Assembly (NCBI GenBank): GCA_047601445.1
Contig: JASGJH010000001.1
Span: forward strand, 5,076,201-5,140,200
DNA length: 64,000 bases
Direction: 5' to 3'
Source: Myxococcales bacterium
GTDB taxonomy: Bacteria; Myxococcota_A; Polyangia; Polyangiales; DASUME01
The stretch's first letter is position 1. Each line of letters begins with the position of its first letter. A program made the translations under genes and the position numbers. Positions 47,456 through 56,466 of this stretch are shown one piece after another. The notes under the pieces were generated by a model that worked only from the letters and a program-made list of their open reading frames with translations, did not search any database and was not told where the DNA came from.

Positions 47456-47632
47456 ACTCGTTCGCTTGATTGAATCGCCGCAAAATCAGCCTGTTCTGCC
47501 ACCCCACGGGCGACCTCCGGAGTTGCCCCCAGTCGATGTGTCTGGGTTTCCGGACAGTCGCTTTCCGGGCCCCCAGACAGCCGCCGCCCATGGCGCACTG
47601 GTACACTCGCAACGAATGCGCGCCCTTCACCC

Positions 47633-49036
47633 GTGGGAAGTCCGTTGAACCGCCCTCCGCCACACGCCCTGGCTGCGACCCGTCCGCTCTCACGCAGCGC
47701 GCTCGACGTGATGTTCGCCAAGGTCGTGGTGGCGCGCCTGGTGATCGCTCCTTCTCTCGGCTCGCTGGCGCTGACGTTCGCCTTCTTCGAGCCCACCCCC
47801 TGGCGTAAGTGGCTGATCGGCTCGGGCGTGACCAGCTTGTTCCTGCTCTCGCTGGTGGAGTGGTTCCGGTATCGCAAGTTCGGACCCGAGTCGGTGCACG
47901 TGCCGTTCAACGTGTGGCTGACCATCATCGTCCAGCTCTGCGTGATCACCGCCACCGGCGGGCTCTTCAGTCCCGCACTGCCCGTGGTCATCATGATGGC
48001 GTTCCTCGCCGCGACCCTCGGCGAGCGGCGCATCTTGCGCGGCCTGTTGGCCTTGGCGCTGCCCGCGGGCTTTGGGCTGGCCTACATCCATCGCTGCGCC
48101 ACACCCGTGCCCAGCCTGATTCCCGAGCTGTTCGGTGGCGCCCAGCCCATCGAGCACGGGCCCGCTCCGTGGATCGCAGCCACCGCGTTCACCGCCATGC
48201 TGCTGATCGCGGCGCGCGTGGGCCTGGTGCTCCAGGGTGTATTCGAGAGCCTCTACGGGGACGCCGTGCAGGCCCGTGACCGCTCGCTCGCGCTGCACGC
48301 CGAGCAGAGCCGCGTGATCACGTTGATGAGCAGCGAGATCGCCCACGAGCTCAAGAACCCGCTGGCCAGCCTCAAGGGCCTGGGCGCACTGGTGGCCAAG
48401 GACGTCGAGGGGCGCACCGCAGAGCGCGTGAAGGTGCTGCGCGGCGAGGTCGACCGCATGCAGTCGATCCTGGAAGGCTTCCTCACGTTCTCGCGGCCGC
48501 TCGTGCCCCTGAGCGTCGCCGAGCACGACTTGAGCGAGCTCACCTGCGACGTGGCGCGCTTGCACGAGGGCATCGCGGGCGAGCGCAGCCTCGGCATCGC
48601 CGTCGAGGCTCCCGAGCGCACGCTGGCGCGCTGCGATATCCGCAAGGTGCGCCAGGTCCTGATCAACCTGGTCCAGAACGCCCTCGATGCCAGTCCCGAC
48701 GGTGGCAAGGTGCTGTTGCGCGTGAGGCCCACGGCAGGAGGCGTCAACATCACTATCGTCGACGAAGGCCCTGGCCTCTCCCCGGAGATCGCCGAGCGCG
48801 TGTTCGAGCCCTTCGTGAGCGACAAGGAGCACGGTTCGGGCGTCGGATTGGTGGTGGCACGCTCGCTGGCGCGACAGCACGGCGGCGACGTGGTGCTGAC
48901 ACCTCGGAGGGGAGCCCGCGGACTCGAAGCCGAGCTCCGCTTGCCGCTCACACCGCCGCTCGAGCCGAGTACCGCGTCCCTGCCCAACGAATCTCTCCCC
49001 AACGCAGCCCTGCCCAGCAACGGAACGAATCCATGA
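47633..49036 (+). CDS. Sensor histidine kinase with polytopic membrane N-terminal domain
   Basis: About 6 TM segments, H-box SSEIAHELKNPL, N box LINLVQNALDA, G boxes DEGPGL / GSGVGL. Start is GTG 47633 or ATG 47711. Confidence 0.88.
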   Translation: MGSPLNRPPPHALAATRPLSRSALDVMFAKVVVARLVIAPSLGSLALTFAFFEPTPWRKWLIGSGVTSLFLLSLVEWFRYRKFGPESVHVPFNVWLTIIVQLCVITATGGLFSPALPVVIMMAFLAATLGERRILRGLLALALPAGFGLAYIHRCATPVPSLIPELFGGAQPIEHGPAPWIAATAFTAMLLIAARVGLVLQGVFESLYGDAVQARDRSLALHAEQSRVITLMSSEIAHELKNPLASLKGLGALVAKDVEGRTAERVKVLRGEVDRMQSILEGFLTFSRPLVPLSVAEHDLSELTCDVARLHEGIAGERSLGIAVEAPERTLARCDIRKVRQVLINLVQNALDASPDGGKVLLRVRPTAGGVNITIVDEGPGLSPEIAERVFEPFVSDKEHGSGVGLVVARSLARQHGGDVVLTPRRGARGLEAELRLPLTPPLEPSTASLPNESLPNAALPSNGTNP

Positions 49037-50364
49037 CCCCACGCATCCTCGTGGTCGACGACGACCAAGCCCTGCGCTTCACGCTGCGCGGCATCCTGGA
49101 GGACGCAGGCTACGCGGTGGATGAAGCCGCCGACGGCGCGCTCGCCCTGGCCAAAGTCGAGGCCGGCGGCGGCTACCACCTGGTGCTGAGCGATCTGCGC
49201 ATGCCCAACGTGGATGGCCTCGCGCTGCTCGAGCGCCTCAAGTCCCAGCACCCGAGCCTGCGCGTCATCATGATCACGGCCCACGGCTCCGAGCGGGCCG
49301 CCGTGGAGGCCATGAAGCGCGGCGCCTACGACTACTTTCGCAAGCCCTTCGAGCCCGAAGAACTGCTGGCCGTGGTGGAGCGCGCGGTGGAGTCGGTGCG
49401 CCTCAGCTCCGACAACGAGCGCCTCGGCGCCGAGCTCCTGCTCTCACGCTCCATGGTGTTCGCCTCACCTGCCATGCGCCAGCTCGCGGTGCTGGTGCAG
49501 CGCGTGGCCAGTAAGGACGTCACAGTGCTGATCAGCGGCGAGAGCGGCACCGGGAAAGAGCGCCTGGCCGAGGCCCTGGTGCGCGGGAGCACCCGCAGCA
49601 CACGCCCCTTCGTGCGCTTCAACTGCGCTGCCATCACACCCGACCTGGCGGAGGCGGAGCTGTTCGGACACAGCAAGGGCGCGTTCACGGGTGCGATCCG
49701 ACAGCGCAGTGGCCTCTTCCGCGAGGCTCACACCGGCACGCTGTTCTTGGACGAAGTCGCGGAGCTCGACCTACGCACTCAGGCCAAGCTCCTGCGCGTC
49801 CTACAGGAGGGCGAGGTACGTCCCGTGGGCGAAGACCACCCGTTCTCCGTCGACGTCCGCATTCTGGCCGCCACCCACCGCAACCTCGAGCAGTGCGTAC
49901 GCGATGGCAGCTTCAGAGAAGATCTATTCTATCGCCTCAAGGTAGTGCATCTCAGCTTGCCTCCGTTGCGCGATCGCAAGGAAGACATCGAGGTGCTTGC
50001 CGCACACTTCCTGGCCGAATTCAGCGCCCGCTTCGGCGCTGGGCCCTTCTCGCTGACCGCAGAGCTGCGCACACGACTTGCTAGCTACCGCTGGCCTGGC
50101 AACGTGCGCGAGCTCGGCAATGCCATCGAGAGCCTGGTGGCCCTCTCCCCGACCGATCGGCTCGATCCCGACCTCTTGCCGGGCGATCGTCCCGACGGCT
50201 CGAGCGCCCAGCGCGCCACCCTCGAGCATCGCCTGCTCGCGTATGAACGCGGCTTGCTGGTGGAGGCCATCGATGCCGCCGACGGCAACCGCAGCGAGGC
50301 CGCCAAGCTGCTCGGCATCGGGCGCGCCACGCTCTACGAGAAGCTCCGCAAGCACGGGCTGTAG
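49033..50364 (+). CDS. Sigma-54-dependent response regulator (NtrC family)
   Basis: Receiver domain (ILVVDDD..SDLRMP), AAA+ domain with GESGTGKE and GAFTGA, C-terminal Fis-type HTH (NRSEAAKLLGIGRATLYEKL). ATGA overlap with the kinase gene. Confidence 0.93.
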   Translation: MTPRILVVDDDQALRFTLRGILEDAGYAVDEAADGALALAKVEAGGGYHLVLSDLRMPNVDGLALLERLKSQHPSLRVIMITAHGSERAAVEAMKRGAYDYFRKPFEPEELLAVVERAVESVRLSSDNERLGAELLLSRSMVFASPAMRQLAVLVQRVASKDVTVLISGESGTGKERLAEALVRGSTRSTRPFVRFNCAAITPDLAEAELFGHSKGAFTGAIRQRSGLFREAHTGTLFLDEVAELDLRTQAKLLRVLQEGEVRPVGEDHPFSVDVRILAATHRNLEQCVRDGSFREDLFYRLKVVHLSLPPLRDRKEDIEVLAAHFLAEFSARFGAGPFSLTAELRTRLASYRWPGNVRELGNAIESLVALSPTDRLDPDLLPGDRPDGSSAQRATLEHRLLAYERGLLVEAIDAADGNRSEAAKLLGIGRATLYEKLRKHGL

Positions 50365-50409
50365 CCTCTACTCCTGGCTGGGGCCTGCTCCACACGCGCA
50401 CGCCCGCTT

Positions 50410-50424
50410 CGGCACGGCTCCTGC
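50410..50424 (+). promoter_or_regulatory. Candidate sigma-54 promoter for the multicopper oxidase gene
   Basis: CGGCACGGCTCCTGC: GGCAC-N5-CTGC with correct GG-N10-GC spacing. Followed by GGAGGA (50440..50445) and ATG 50449. Confidence 0.35.
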
Positions 50425-50448
50425 TCTTCGATCCGCTTCGGAGGACGA

Positions 50449-51862
50449 ATGGAGGCGCAGATGCGGGGGCGGCGAGCGGTGTGGATGGCGGTGCTAGCCA
50501 GTGTCGGACTCGTTGGTTGTAGTGACGATGGAGGCTCGGGCTTCGCGTACAAGAAGGGCCTGCCGTTCTCGGAACCCAAGGAATTCCACAGCGAGAACGG
50601 CGTGACCTCCGTGCAGCTCCTGTCGAAGGAAACCGCGGTGGACATCAGCGACGCCACCGTGAAGGGGACGGTCTACAACGGCGCATTCGTGGGACCCACG
50701 CTGCATGTGGCGCCTGGAGAGACCCTGCGTGTGCACCTGCAAAACGACCTCAAGCAGCACACGAACATCCACTATCACGGCATGCACGTGTCCCCCGAGG
50801 GCAACAGCGACAACATCTTCCTCATGATCGAGCCGGGCGAGAGCTTCGACTACCAGCTCGACATCCCGGCCGACCACGACGTGGGCACCTTTTGGTACCA
50901 CTCACACTCGCACATGGACTCCGAGAGCCAGGTGTTCGGCGGTCTCTCGGGTGTGCTCATCGTGGACGGCCTCGAGCAGAAGCTCCCCGAGGCCTATCGC
51001 GGCATCACTCAGCACGTGTTCGCGCTCAAGGACCTGCAGGTGAAGGACGGCACCATCATCGCCGACAACATCAACTCGGACGCGCCCACGGTTCGCACGG
51101 TGAACGGCCTGGTGGAACCCACGCTCGAGATCGCGCCCGGGGAGACGCAGCTGTGGCGCCTTGCCAACATCAGCGCGGACATCTTCTACGACCTGAGCTT
51201 TGCCACGCAGCCCCTGGTGGTCATCGCCGAAGATGGCAACCCCGTGGAGAAGCTGTGGACGGCGATGGATTCTGGTCCTGCCGCCCGGTAAGCGCTTCGA
51301 CGTGGTCGTCACGGCCCCGACCACCGCTGGCGACTATACGCTCGAGACCTTGGCCTATGACCAGGGCGGAGACATGTATCCGCAGGCCACGCTCGTGAAC
51401 GTGAAGGTCACGGGTGCGATGGCCCCGGCACTGCCTCCGCTTACCGAAGGCCTTGCCCCCGACGACGGGCTTACCTCACCTGATGCCGTGGTGGCGCAAA
51501 CCCGCCAGTTCGTGTTCACCGAGGACGACGACTCCAATCAGTTCTTCATCAACGGCAAGCAGTTCGACATGAACCGCATCGACGCGCTGCCCAAGCTCGG
51601 CACCATCGAGGAATGGACGGTGATCAACAACACCTCGGAGCAGCACCCCTTCCACATCCACATCAACGACTTCAAGGTCCTCTCCATCAACGGCGTCCCG
51701 TACCAGGCCAACGGTGAGCAAGACACGGTGGTGATGCCGCCCGGCGGACAGGCGGTCATCCGCATGGCTTTCCTGGATTTTACGGGCAAATTCGTCTTCC
51801 ACTGCCACATCCTGGCCCACGAGGACGGCGGCATGATGGCGGTCGTAGACGTGGTGCCGTGA
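50449..51862 (+). pseudogene. Multicopper oxidase (Tat/lipoprotein-type signal) interrupted by an apparent +1 frameshift near 51268..51274
   Basis: ORF 50449..51291 carries MRGRRAVWMAVLASVGLVGC, HYHGMHV and WYHSHSH. ORF 51200..51862 (+1 phase) carries LVLPPGKRFDVVV, HPFHIHINDF and HCHILAHEDGGMM. Deleting one T in GAT-T-CTG joins them. Confidence 0.75.
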
Positions 51863-51962
51863 GAGGGGAAGGTGATCGGTTGCGAGCACGGGCACGTGTG
51901 CGAACCGGAGGATGACGGCGCGTTTCGCTGCGCTCACCCGTCGATGCTAGTCTGGCGGGACG

Positions 51963-52532
51963 ATGACCAAGCAAGATCTCGATGTGATCGTTGTGGGTGA
52001 TGGGCCGGGAGGCTTGAGCGCTGCGCTGTTTCTGGCCAAGTCCGGGCTGCGAGTCGTGGTGTACGGGCAGGACAAGACCGCCATGCACTGGGCGCTGCTG
52101 AAGAACTACCTCGGCGTGCCCGAGATGCTCGGCAGCGAGTTCCAGCGTCTTGCGCGCGAGCAGGTCACCACGTTCGGGGGGCGCATCGAGGCGGCGCGTG
52201 TGGAGAGCGTCGCACACGACGCGGGTAGCTTCGAAGTCACTCTCGAGGGTGGACCCAAGGTGCAGTCGCGCTTCTTGATCCTCTCGGAGGGCAAGTCGCC
52301 GCGCCTCGCGCAGCAGCTCGCGCTGGCGAACGACCCCTCCGGTGCCGTGAAGGTGGACATCAACGGCAAGACCTCGCTCGCGGGTGTGTACGCGGTGGGG
52401 CGCCTCGCACGGCCGGATCGCAGTCAGGCCATCATCAGCGCCGGCGATGGAGCCGCGGCCGCCATCGACATCCTCTCGAGCATCAAGGGCGAAGCAGTGC
52501 AGGACTGGGACTCGCCGCCCGAGCAGAAGTAG
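51963..52532 (+). CDS. Short FAD-dependent oxidoreductase (thioredoxin-reductase-like FAD domain only)
   Basis: DVIVVGDGPGGLSAALFLAKSG (GxGxxG) and C-terminal GVYAVGR......QAIISAGDGAAAA. Only 189 aa, with no NADPH domain and no CxxC. Confidence 0.7.
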   Translation: MTKQDLDVIVVGDGPGGLSAALFLAKSGLRVVVYGQDKTAMHWALLKNYLGVPEMLGSEFQRLAREQVTTFGGRIEAARVESVAHDAGSFEVTLEGGPKVQSRFLILSEGKSPRLAQQLALANDPSGAVKVDINGKTSLAGVYAVGRLARPDRSQAIISAGDGAAAAIDILSSIKGEAVQDWDSPPEQK

Positions 52533-52578
52533 CAGCGCTCACGCCGTGACTTTCTTCGGCGCGCGGCACCAGTTCATC

Positions 52579-52636
52579 GTGACGCTTCGCGTCTGGACTC
52601 GGTGTCGCTTCGCGCTGCTCTGGGTGTCGCTTCGCG
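52579..52636. repeat. Three direct copies of GTG(A/T)CGCTTCGCG spaced 23 and 22 bp
   Basis: Read directly: 52579..52591, 52602..52614, 52624..52636. Copies 2 and 3 share the 15-mer GGTGTCGCTTCGCGC. Lies in the spacer upstream of the acyltransferase-gpsA operon. Confidence 0.85.
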
Positions 52637-52660
52637 CCAGGCCGCGCGTACCTGCAGGGC

Positions 52661-54313
52661 GTGCCGGCCACCACCGCAAGCTCGAGCCCGCGGCGCCACT
52701 GGATCAGCGGTATCCAGCGCCATCAGCCCATCGAACCCGTGATCGAGGGCGCCACCATCGCGAGCGACGTCGAGCAGCGTGTGCTCGCACTGCTCACCCA
52801 TGGGGGGCGCCCCCTCGACGACGTCCTGCGCGAGACCATCTATCACGAACGGCAGCGCCTGAATGGTCCGGCTACGCGCCGACAGGCCGTGGACCAACGC
52901 TTGCTCGAGCGCCTGCGTCAGGCCTTGCCCAGCGCGGACGCCCGCCACCAGGAGGAGCTCGTGCGCCTGGTGGTCCGCCACTACCTCACCGAGATCTCGG
53001 GACACTTCGATCCACGCGTGTACCGGCTGGCGACACGGGTCATGCCGCCCGCCCTCGGCGCGCTCCTGCACGGCATCAGCCTGCACAATCGCGATGTGTT
53101 CTACGTGGGCAATCGCATCTCGATCTCGGGACGCGTGGCCAGCCTGTGCAAGCTCAGCGCTCGCGGCACCATCCTGTTGGTGCCCACCCACGTGTCGAAC
53201 CTGGACTCCGTGATCCTGGGCTGGGCTCTCTCGAACTTCGGGCTGCGCCCGTTCGCCTACGGCGCGGGCCTCAACCTGTTCGAGCGGCCGTTGCTCGGCT
53301 TCTTCATGCAGCACCTGGGTGCCTACACGGTCGACCGCAGCAAGCACGACCCGCTCTATCGCTGGACACTCAAGGAGTACGCCACCGCGTTGCTCGAGCA
53401 CGGCCAGCACAGTCTGTTCTTTCCCGGTGGCACACGCAGCCGCTCCGGTGCGCTCGAGACGCGACTCAAGCTGGGCCTACTCGGTACGGGCATCGAGGCG
53501 ATGCGACGCTGCGCGGAGCAGGGCCGACCCAGGCGCGTTTTCGTGGTGCCGTGCACCCTCACCTATCCGCTCGTGCTCGAGGCAGAGAGCTTGATTAGGG
53601 ACTTCCTGCGCACCGAGGGCGGTCCGCAGTACTTCGAGGGCCCCGACGAGTCGGAGCATCTGCAGCGCTGGGTCGAGCTCATCCGCGGACTGTATCGGCT
53701 CGACCTGCAGGTACACCTGCGCTTCGGCGCGGCGCTCGATCCCATCGGCAACGAAGTGGACGACGAGGGGCGCTCCCAGGATCCGAGCGGACGCCTGGTG
53801 GATCCGCTCGACTATCTGCGCGCGACTTCCGACAGCTCCGAGGTGCGCCTCGACCCGGAGCGTGACGCCGAGTACACCCGACTGCTCTCGGCCCGCATCC
53901 TGGCGGCCTACCCGCGGGACGTGGTGGCCGTGTCCACCAGCGTGGCAGCCCACGCCATCTTCGAGCTGCTCACCGAGGCGAGCCGAGAGAGGAGCGTGTT
54001 CCGCATGCTGCAGGAGATTCCCCCGAGCGTGCCCTTGACGCTCGACGCCATCACGGCGCGTATCGCGCGCAGCCTACCCGCACTCGAGGCCGCGGAGCAG
54101 CGCGGCGAGATTACGCGGGCGGAGATCGTGCGGCGCGGATCGCCGGGCGTGATCCTCGAGAAGGCCATCGCGACCTTCGCCACCTACCACCACGAGCGCA
54201 TCGCGAGCCGCGAGGGAGAGCTCCTGCGCATCCATCGGCCCGACCTCGTCTACTACTACCAGAACCGCGTGGCCCCTCACCTCTCGTCCTCGAGCTCCGG
54301 AGGATCCCCATGA
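52661..54313 (+). CDS. Glycerol-3-phosphate / lysophospholipid acyltransferase (PlsB-like GPAT family, short form)
   Basis: HX4D motif in LLVPTHVSNLDS, FFPGGTRSRSG, plus a long helical C-terminal region. ATGA overlap with gpsA. Confidence 0.8.
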   Translation: MPATTASSSPRRHWISGIQRHQPIEPVIEGATIASDVEQRVLALLTHGGRPLDDVLRETIYHERQRLNGPATRRQAVDQRLLERLRQALPSADARHQEELVRLVVRHYLTEISGHFDPRVYRLATRVMPPALGALLHGISLHNRDVFYVGNRISISGRVASLCKLSARGTILLVPTHVSNLDSVILGWALSNFGLRPFAYGAGLNLFERPLLGFFMQHLGAYTVDRSKHDPLYRWTLKEYATALLEHGQHSLFFPGGTRSRSGALETRLKLGLLGTGIEAMRRCAEQGRPRRVFVVPCTLTYPLVLEAESLIRDFLRTEGGPQYFEGPDESEHLQRWVELIRGLYRLDLQVHLRFGAALDPIGNEVDDEGRSQDPSGRLVDPLDYLRATSDSSEVRLDPERDAEYTRLLSARILAAYPRDVVAVSTSVAAHAIFELLTEASRERSVFRMLQEIPPSVPLTLDAITARIARSLPALEAAEQRGEITRAEIVRRGSPGVILEKAIATFATYHHERIASREGELLRIHRPDLVYYYQNRVAPHLSSSSSGGSP

Positions 54314-55326
54314 CGAGCAACGCTCCCCTGCAGATCGCCGTGCTCGGCGCCGGTGATTGGGGCTCTACGCTCGCGCTGATCGCCGCCGGCAATGGCCATC
54401 ACGTGGGCGTGTGGGCCCGCAGCGAGGCACGTTGCACCGCGCTCGAGCGTCGGGCGGCGCAGAGCCCGCTTCTGCTCGGCCCGGAGCGCACGGGCGGTTC
54501 ACTGCACGCCACGCTGCATCCCGAGCCCCTTCTCGAGTCCGCCGACCTGGTGCTGATGGCCGTGCCCTCGCCTGCCTTTCGCGAAGCCTGCCGCGGCCTG
54601 CGCGCGGCACTCGAGCCGCGCCATCTCTTGATCCATGGCACCAAGGGGCTCGAAGTCGGCTCGCTCAAGCGCATGTCGGAAGTGCTCCTGGAAGAGACCT
54701 GCGTGCGTCAGTTCGGTGCCCTGTCCGGCCCCAACATCGCCCCCGAGCTCGCGCAAGGAAAGCCGGCGGGCAGCCTGATCGCCTCGCCGTTTCCGCGCGT
54801 GGTCGAGCTCGGCAAGCGCGCGCTCTCGTGCCGCTTCTTCATGCTCTTTCACGGACCCGACTTGCTCGGACTCGAGCTGTGCGGTGCGCTCAAGAACGTG
54901 GTGGCCATCGCCGCCGGCATGGCCGACGCCATGCAGGTGGGCGAGAACGCCAAGGCCCTGCTCATCACGCGCGGTGCGGCCGAGATCCGGCGTTTGGCCG
55001 AGTCCATGGGTGCGCAGCCCAACACCATCACGGGCCTCGCCGGCATCGGGGATCTGATGGTCACCTGCGCCAGCCCCCACTCACGCAATCGGCGCCTGGG
55101 TGCCGCCCTGGCACGCGGGGAGAGCATGGAGAATGCGCAAGCCCAGCTCGGGATGGTCGCCGAAGGCGTGTATGCAGCCAAGGCCATCATGGTGCTTTCG
55201 CAACGTAAGGAGCTGCGCCTCCCCTTGCTGCAAAGCATCGCACGCGTGCTCTACGATGGAGTCGCCCCGCAGCGGGCCCTCGATGCGCTGATGCGCATGC
55301 CGGCTGGACACGAAGGAGCCGGCTGA
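54310..55326 (+). CDS. gpsA: NAD(P)H-dependent glycerol-3-phosphate dehydrogenase
   Basis: IAVLGAGDWGSTLA Rossmann motif, GALKNVVAIAAG, GLAGIGDLMVTC. Confidence 0.92.
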   Translation: MTSNAPLQIAVLGAGDWGSTLALIAAGNGHHVGVWARSEARCTALERRAAQSPLLLGPERTGGSLHATLHPEPLLESADLVLMAVPSPAFREACRGLRAALEPRHLLIHGTKGLEVGSLKRMSEVLLEETCVRQFGALSGPNIAPELAQGKPAGSLIASPFPRVVELGKRALSCRFFMLFHGPDLLGLELCGALKNVVAIAAGMADAMQVGENAKALLITRGAAEIRRLAESMGAQPNTITGLAGIGDLMVTCASPHSRNRRLGAALARGESMENAQAQLGMVAEGVYAAKAIMVLSQRKELRLPLLQSIARVLYDGVAPQRALDALMRMPAGHEGAG

Positions 55327-55356
55327 GCGAGGGCCTCAGCCAACCCCGCCCGCGCG

Positions 55357-56328
55357 CTACTTGTTCACGCGATCGCAGGTGGGGTAAGGCCCGCAGGTCG
55401 AGAAGTCGCGAAACCACTTCTGAACGATCGACCCGTCAGGATTGCGGTCGTGCGTGGCCTCGAGCACCTCGAGTAGATGAGCCCGCGACATGGCGAGCGG
55501 TGCCTCGTAGGGCACGTAGGTGGTGCCCACCGGGTAGTCCGCGTACGGCCCCTTCTGCTCGATATGTGTGCCCAGCACGTGCGTCACGATCTTGTCGCTG
55601 GTGAAGTCGACCAGGCGTTGCGCACTGGCGGCGAAGACCTCGGGGTCGCCGTTGACGTAGATGCGACCGGGGTAGAGAGAGTCGCCCGTCAACAGCACAC
55701 CGGTCTGCCGGTCGTAGACCGCAATGCTCGTCACGTCGTGGCCGGGGACGGGGATGATATCGAGCACGCGCCCGCCGAGATCATAGGCCACCACGCTGTT
55801 CGGCCACTGCGTGATGCCGAACGCTTGCTGCAGCGCGGCCACGCTCCCGTTGGGGATCAACGTGACGTTGGGCAGATCGGTGAACTGATAGTCGCCGTAA
55901 GTGTGATCGCCATGGGAGTGCAGGTGGGTGACCACCAGCGGGATCGAACGTCGCTTGTGCTTGATCAACCAGAGGGCCATCACCTTCTTCACGGCGCCCG
56001 CGACGTCGGGTGCACCCGCCACCGACGTCGAGCCGGCACCGGTGTCGAACAAGATGGCCTTGTCTTTCCCGAAGAGCAGATACAGGAACGGCTTCTCATC
56101 GTTCACACAGCCCGACTCACGCAGGATGTAGAAGTCGTCGTTGTACGCGTGCACCTGGAACTCGGGCGAAAAGCGAGTGCAGTGAGGGCTTCCCGAGCTC
56201 CAAGCCGCAGGCAGCGCGCCGGGCACGACCTCGGCCACCGTATCGGCTGCGCGGGAGGTGGGGGAGAGCGACGTGAGCGCCAGAGCAAACGCGGCGCAGC
56301 CAGAAACCAGGCGATTTTTCCAAGACAT
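55357..56328 (-). CDS. Secreted MBL-fold metallo-hydrolase
   Basis: ATG 56328 gives the signal peptide MSWKNRLVSGCAAFALALTSLSPTSRA. HxHxDH motif in VVTHLHSHGDHTYGD. Confidence 0.8.
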   Translation of the reverse strand: MSWKNRLVSGCAAFALALTSLSPTSRAADTVAEVVPGALPAAWSSGSPHCTRFSPEFQVHAYNDDFYILRESGCVNDEKPFLYLLFGKDKAILFDTGAGSTSVAGAPDVAGAVKKVMALWLIKHKRRSIPLVVTHLHSHGDHTYGDYQFTDLPNVTLIPNGSVAALQQAFGITQWPNSVVAYDLGGRVLDIIPVPGHDVTSIAVYDRQTGVLLTGDSLYPGRIYVNGDPEVFAASAQRLVDFTSDKIVTHVLGTHIEQKGPYADYPVGTTYVPYEAPLAMSRAHLLEVLEATHDRNPDGSIVQKWFRDFSTCGPYPTCDRVNK

Positions 56329-56466
56329 GGGAGATGACACCTCATCTTTCGAACAACTGTCGAAACGATGGTTTTCTCCCATACTCAATTTTAGAATGTG
56401 TTTCGAAACGGATAATTGGAACGCATCAACCGCGCAGCGCGCTGCACGCCGCTCGTGTGCTCTCTC

